Assembly: GCA_002269645.1 (NCBI GenBank)
Contig: NIVC01002460.1
Span: 108,161 to 172,160, forward strand
Direction: 5' to 3'
DNA length: 64,000 bases
DNA from: Macrostomum lignano
Taxonomy: Eukaryota
The notes beneath the pieces are model-generated. The model did no database searches and was not told where the DNA came from. It worked only from the letters and a program-made list of their open reading frames with translations. Within the stretch, counting starts at the first letter, position 1. The number at the start of each line of letters is the position of its first letter. Both the position numbers and the translations under genes were made by a program. Shown piece after piece: positions 61,079-64,000 of this stretch.

Positions 61079-62455
61079 AGACCTCTTGGCCCAGGGTGTT
61101 GGGCATGTATGTTCTAGGGAGAGGGAAGTCTATGGAGGGAAATTCTAGGGAATCACGAAGGGATCGGTGAGTCAATTCTCGCAACCGGCTGGGCGAGATG
61201 CGGTGAAAAAAGTTACTGGGTGGAATGGGGAGCAATGGGCACTTAAAAACAGAATTCGTGAATCGGGCCTCTAGATTCGGGTGGAGGCCGTTATTATCTC
61301 AGTAAAAGTTTTTAATGGATTTGGGCAAATAATAGACTATACTATACTATGTATACGCAATAAATATCAAATTAATTATCAGCACTATACTCGTATTTTC
61401 GCTATCAACTTTATCGCCTTCATTTTGACCGTGGTTTTCGGCTTTTAAACTAAAGTAAATAAACGAAGCGTGCTGCCGTTGAATATAATTATTATCTAAT
61501 TACTAATAGAATAAATTTAATAACCACACAGGTAAATAATTTAATTCAACAAATGATTCAATGGAATGCAAGTCTAATTAGATTTATCAAACATTGATAA
61601 CATAATTTATCGATTCTACGTTTTGAAGCGAATAAGGTCACAAGTGTGTATTTTATGTGACGAGCATTTGATCTTTTAAGTCAAAAAAGATCTGATTCGA
61701 TAGCCTCTAAATCTAAAGATGCAGTCAACGACAGTTCCAGACCAATGTTGTGATTATTGATTAGTGCAATTATTAATCGTCGTCGAGTCAGTGCGTGATT
61801 TTATAAAAAAACCATGACTTCCATTAAATGCTCGTAAACGAAACTCAACTGCACTACTACTAATAGTGCCCGTGTCGGTCTGTCATTTAGCATTTTTACT
61901 TGCGATAGGCTACTTTATTGTAGCATTGTCAATCGCCAAGCCATTGGCATTGGCATTGCAGCCGCAGATAAACTGCAGCACGCAGAAGTAGCATTTATTT
62001 CAACAATTGTCCGATATAAAAATTACAGATTACAGAAAGAAAAAAAACGAGACATTATCACTTCGGTCAGTGGCGTAGCCAGACCAGAGTTTTAATCTAG
62101 TTCTAGGGGCTGTCACTGTCACAATCAAAGTTTTCAACGTAGCGACACTGACAGGGCAGACAGACACCAAATTATCGGGCCAACGCCGCTTTGAGGTCGA
62201 GCGTCGGTATGTAAATTCAGATAAACAACCAGTGAATTCACAAAAAAAGCGCAAGTTAAGTAACTAGCAGGCGACATCTTGTTTGGTCTATTATGGGTGG
62301 GTACAGACAGATACTTTGTTGAGCACAGAGGCCACACTGGCATTCACCGCGTGCCTTATTTATCTGCTGTGCAAGTCAGGAATTCGAAGAGTAACCGTGC
62401 TAGAAAGCTAGCAGTGTTCAAGTCCCAAGAGCTAAGCTTGAAAGACTGTATAGTA

Positions 62456-64000
62456 AAGCATAGCATAAGCTTGACGTTTCCTCTTCGACTTCCAGACTAG
62501 AAGCGTATAACAGAATAAGGCCAGCAGTAGATACCAAAGCAGCATCTAACAGCGCGACAAGAGACAAGCCAGGCCAGGGAGAGGACAATTGGAACTTAAG
62601 AAGAGCCATGAAGGCATGATTCAGTTTCAAAACTTACCCGATTTTGAATCTCGGGTCTTGGAAGAGCTTCAGTCAAATAAATGAGGACGCGAAGGACATA
62701 AGATAAGAAGGGCAGTCCCACAACGAAAAAGTTGGAGGCCCTCGTCTGCTAAGGTTCCTCTCTTTATTTAGCTTTGAAAATGGGGAGGGAGGGTGGGGAG
62801 GTCACCCTGGCGTGAGAGTTAAAGGAGGATAGGAGGAGGGGTGAATATAGAAAAACGCGGCCGGCCTGGGTCTGGGGATGGAGTATGGGGCATGGGTCGT
62901 TGTCTTGAACAAAATTATCGATCGAGAAGGATAGCGTGGGGGTTGGGGAGCCGTGCGCACATTGAGACTTAGCCCACCCTCCCGGGGGGGGGGAGAAAGG
63001 CCCATCGTAGAAAGACCTCATAGCATTTGGGGGCCCCGTTTAAGGTGGGGAGGTTTTGCATGTGGTTGGTTGAAAGGTTTGGGGCTTGGGGCCATCCTAT
63101 CTTTGTGTGGTTGTTGACCGTGGGCCGTGGCTGGCCCTTTTCTTTCTCAGAACCTGTGTTAGTGTGTGCAAGTGCAGTAAATGCATTGCTATAGATTTAG
63201 ATAGGCCTAACTATCAAGCAGTCTCATCTCATCCATGCATTGCATTTAAGGATAGCTATTTACTTTCTAGTGTGCTCTGCCTCTAAGCTCTAACTCTAAC
63301 CAATCCAGCCTCGAGCTCTCCCTCCTATGCTCCTCTTCCCCGACTCCTCAGTCCTCAGTCCTCACGACTCCTCAGTGTCCTCACTCTCACATTTTTCTCA
63401 CGAAAGACGAAGGGAAAAGAACGGAACGGAAAGAAGCTCTTCCTCTGCACTGCACCGCACGGTCCTCGGACATCGACTCCTCAATCCTATTCCTAATACT
63501 ATTCCCTTCGTGCTGTGCAGTGACAGTGATGTCGCCTGGTTCGATTCTATCTATCTCGTTTATTTCGTCTGCTTTGCTTTATTTCTTAATTATTTGCTTC
63601 TATGCCGGCTATGCGGTATTGCATGCAGATGCAAAATGCAATGCATGCTGGGTCTGGGTGATATTGATAGGTTGGCTTGGGCTGGGACGTTGGGACTTGG
63701 GAGCTGGGCGTCGGGACTGGGGAGGAATCCTTTTTCCCCATTTCATTCTTGCTTTTACTGTCTCATCTCATCCCCATTCATCAATAAGACAATAACACAT
63801 CATTAGACATCAACAGCCTCCGGCTCCGGTCCGTTTCCTGATCTCTCTTCGTGTCTGATTCTATTTCTATGGGTCTTTCTATTGTCTCTTGTCGCGCTGT
63901 TAGATGCTGCTTTGGTATTGGTATCCACTGCTGGCCTTATTCTGTTATACGCTTCTAGTCTGGAAGTCGGAAGAGGAAACGTCAAGCTTATGCTATGCTT
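62456..64000. repeat. Long inverted repeat (>=110 bp arms: 62456-62566 and 63883-64000) around a ~1.3-kb non-coding core; truncated by the window end
   Basis: AAGCATAGCATAAGCTTGACGTTTCCTCTTC...GCGCGACAAGAGACA matches the reverse complement of 63883-64000 at high identity. Confidence 0.85.

Overview
Animal (eukaryotic) genomic DNA: GC-rich exons in AT-rich, repeat-dense intergenic and intronic sequence. The style resembles the flatworm Macrostomum (inference only). I reconstructed seven genes by hand from GT-AG splice sites with consistent phases: an intronless clan-2 cytochrome P450 (-), a small TP53INP/DOR-like ORF (+), a 9-exon secretory-pathway Ca2+/Mn2+-ATPase SPCA/ATP2C1 (+), a PARL-type mitochondrial rhomboid protease (+), a tandem catalytically dead PARL-like paralogue (+), aftiphilin (+, apparent 1-nt frameshift) and a divergent activin/inhibin-beta-class TGF-beta ligand (-). 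About 25 minisatellite arrays fill most introns and create most long ORFs in the ORF track. Mobile DNA includes two Tc1/mariner deletion derivatives, hAT-like and MULE-like MITEs with exact 8-bp TSDs (one nested in another), two LINE fragments with RNase H / CCHC features, and a long inverted repeat running off the right edge. The strongest novel candidate is the active plus dead PARL pair: the second copy has GASG changed to GPHA and the catalytic His changed to Thr, but keeps an intact spliced ORF. No tRNA, rRNA or CRISPR array is supported.
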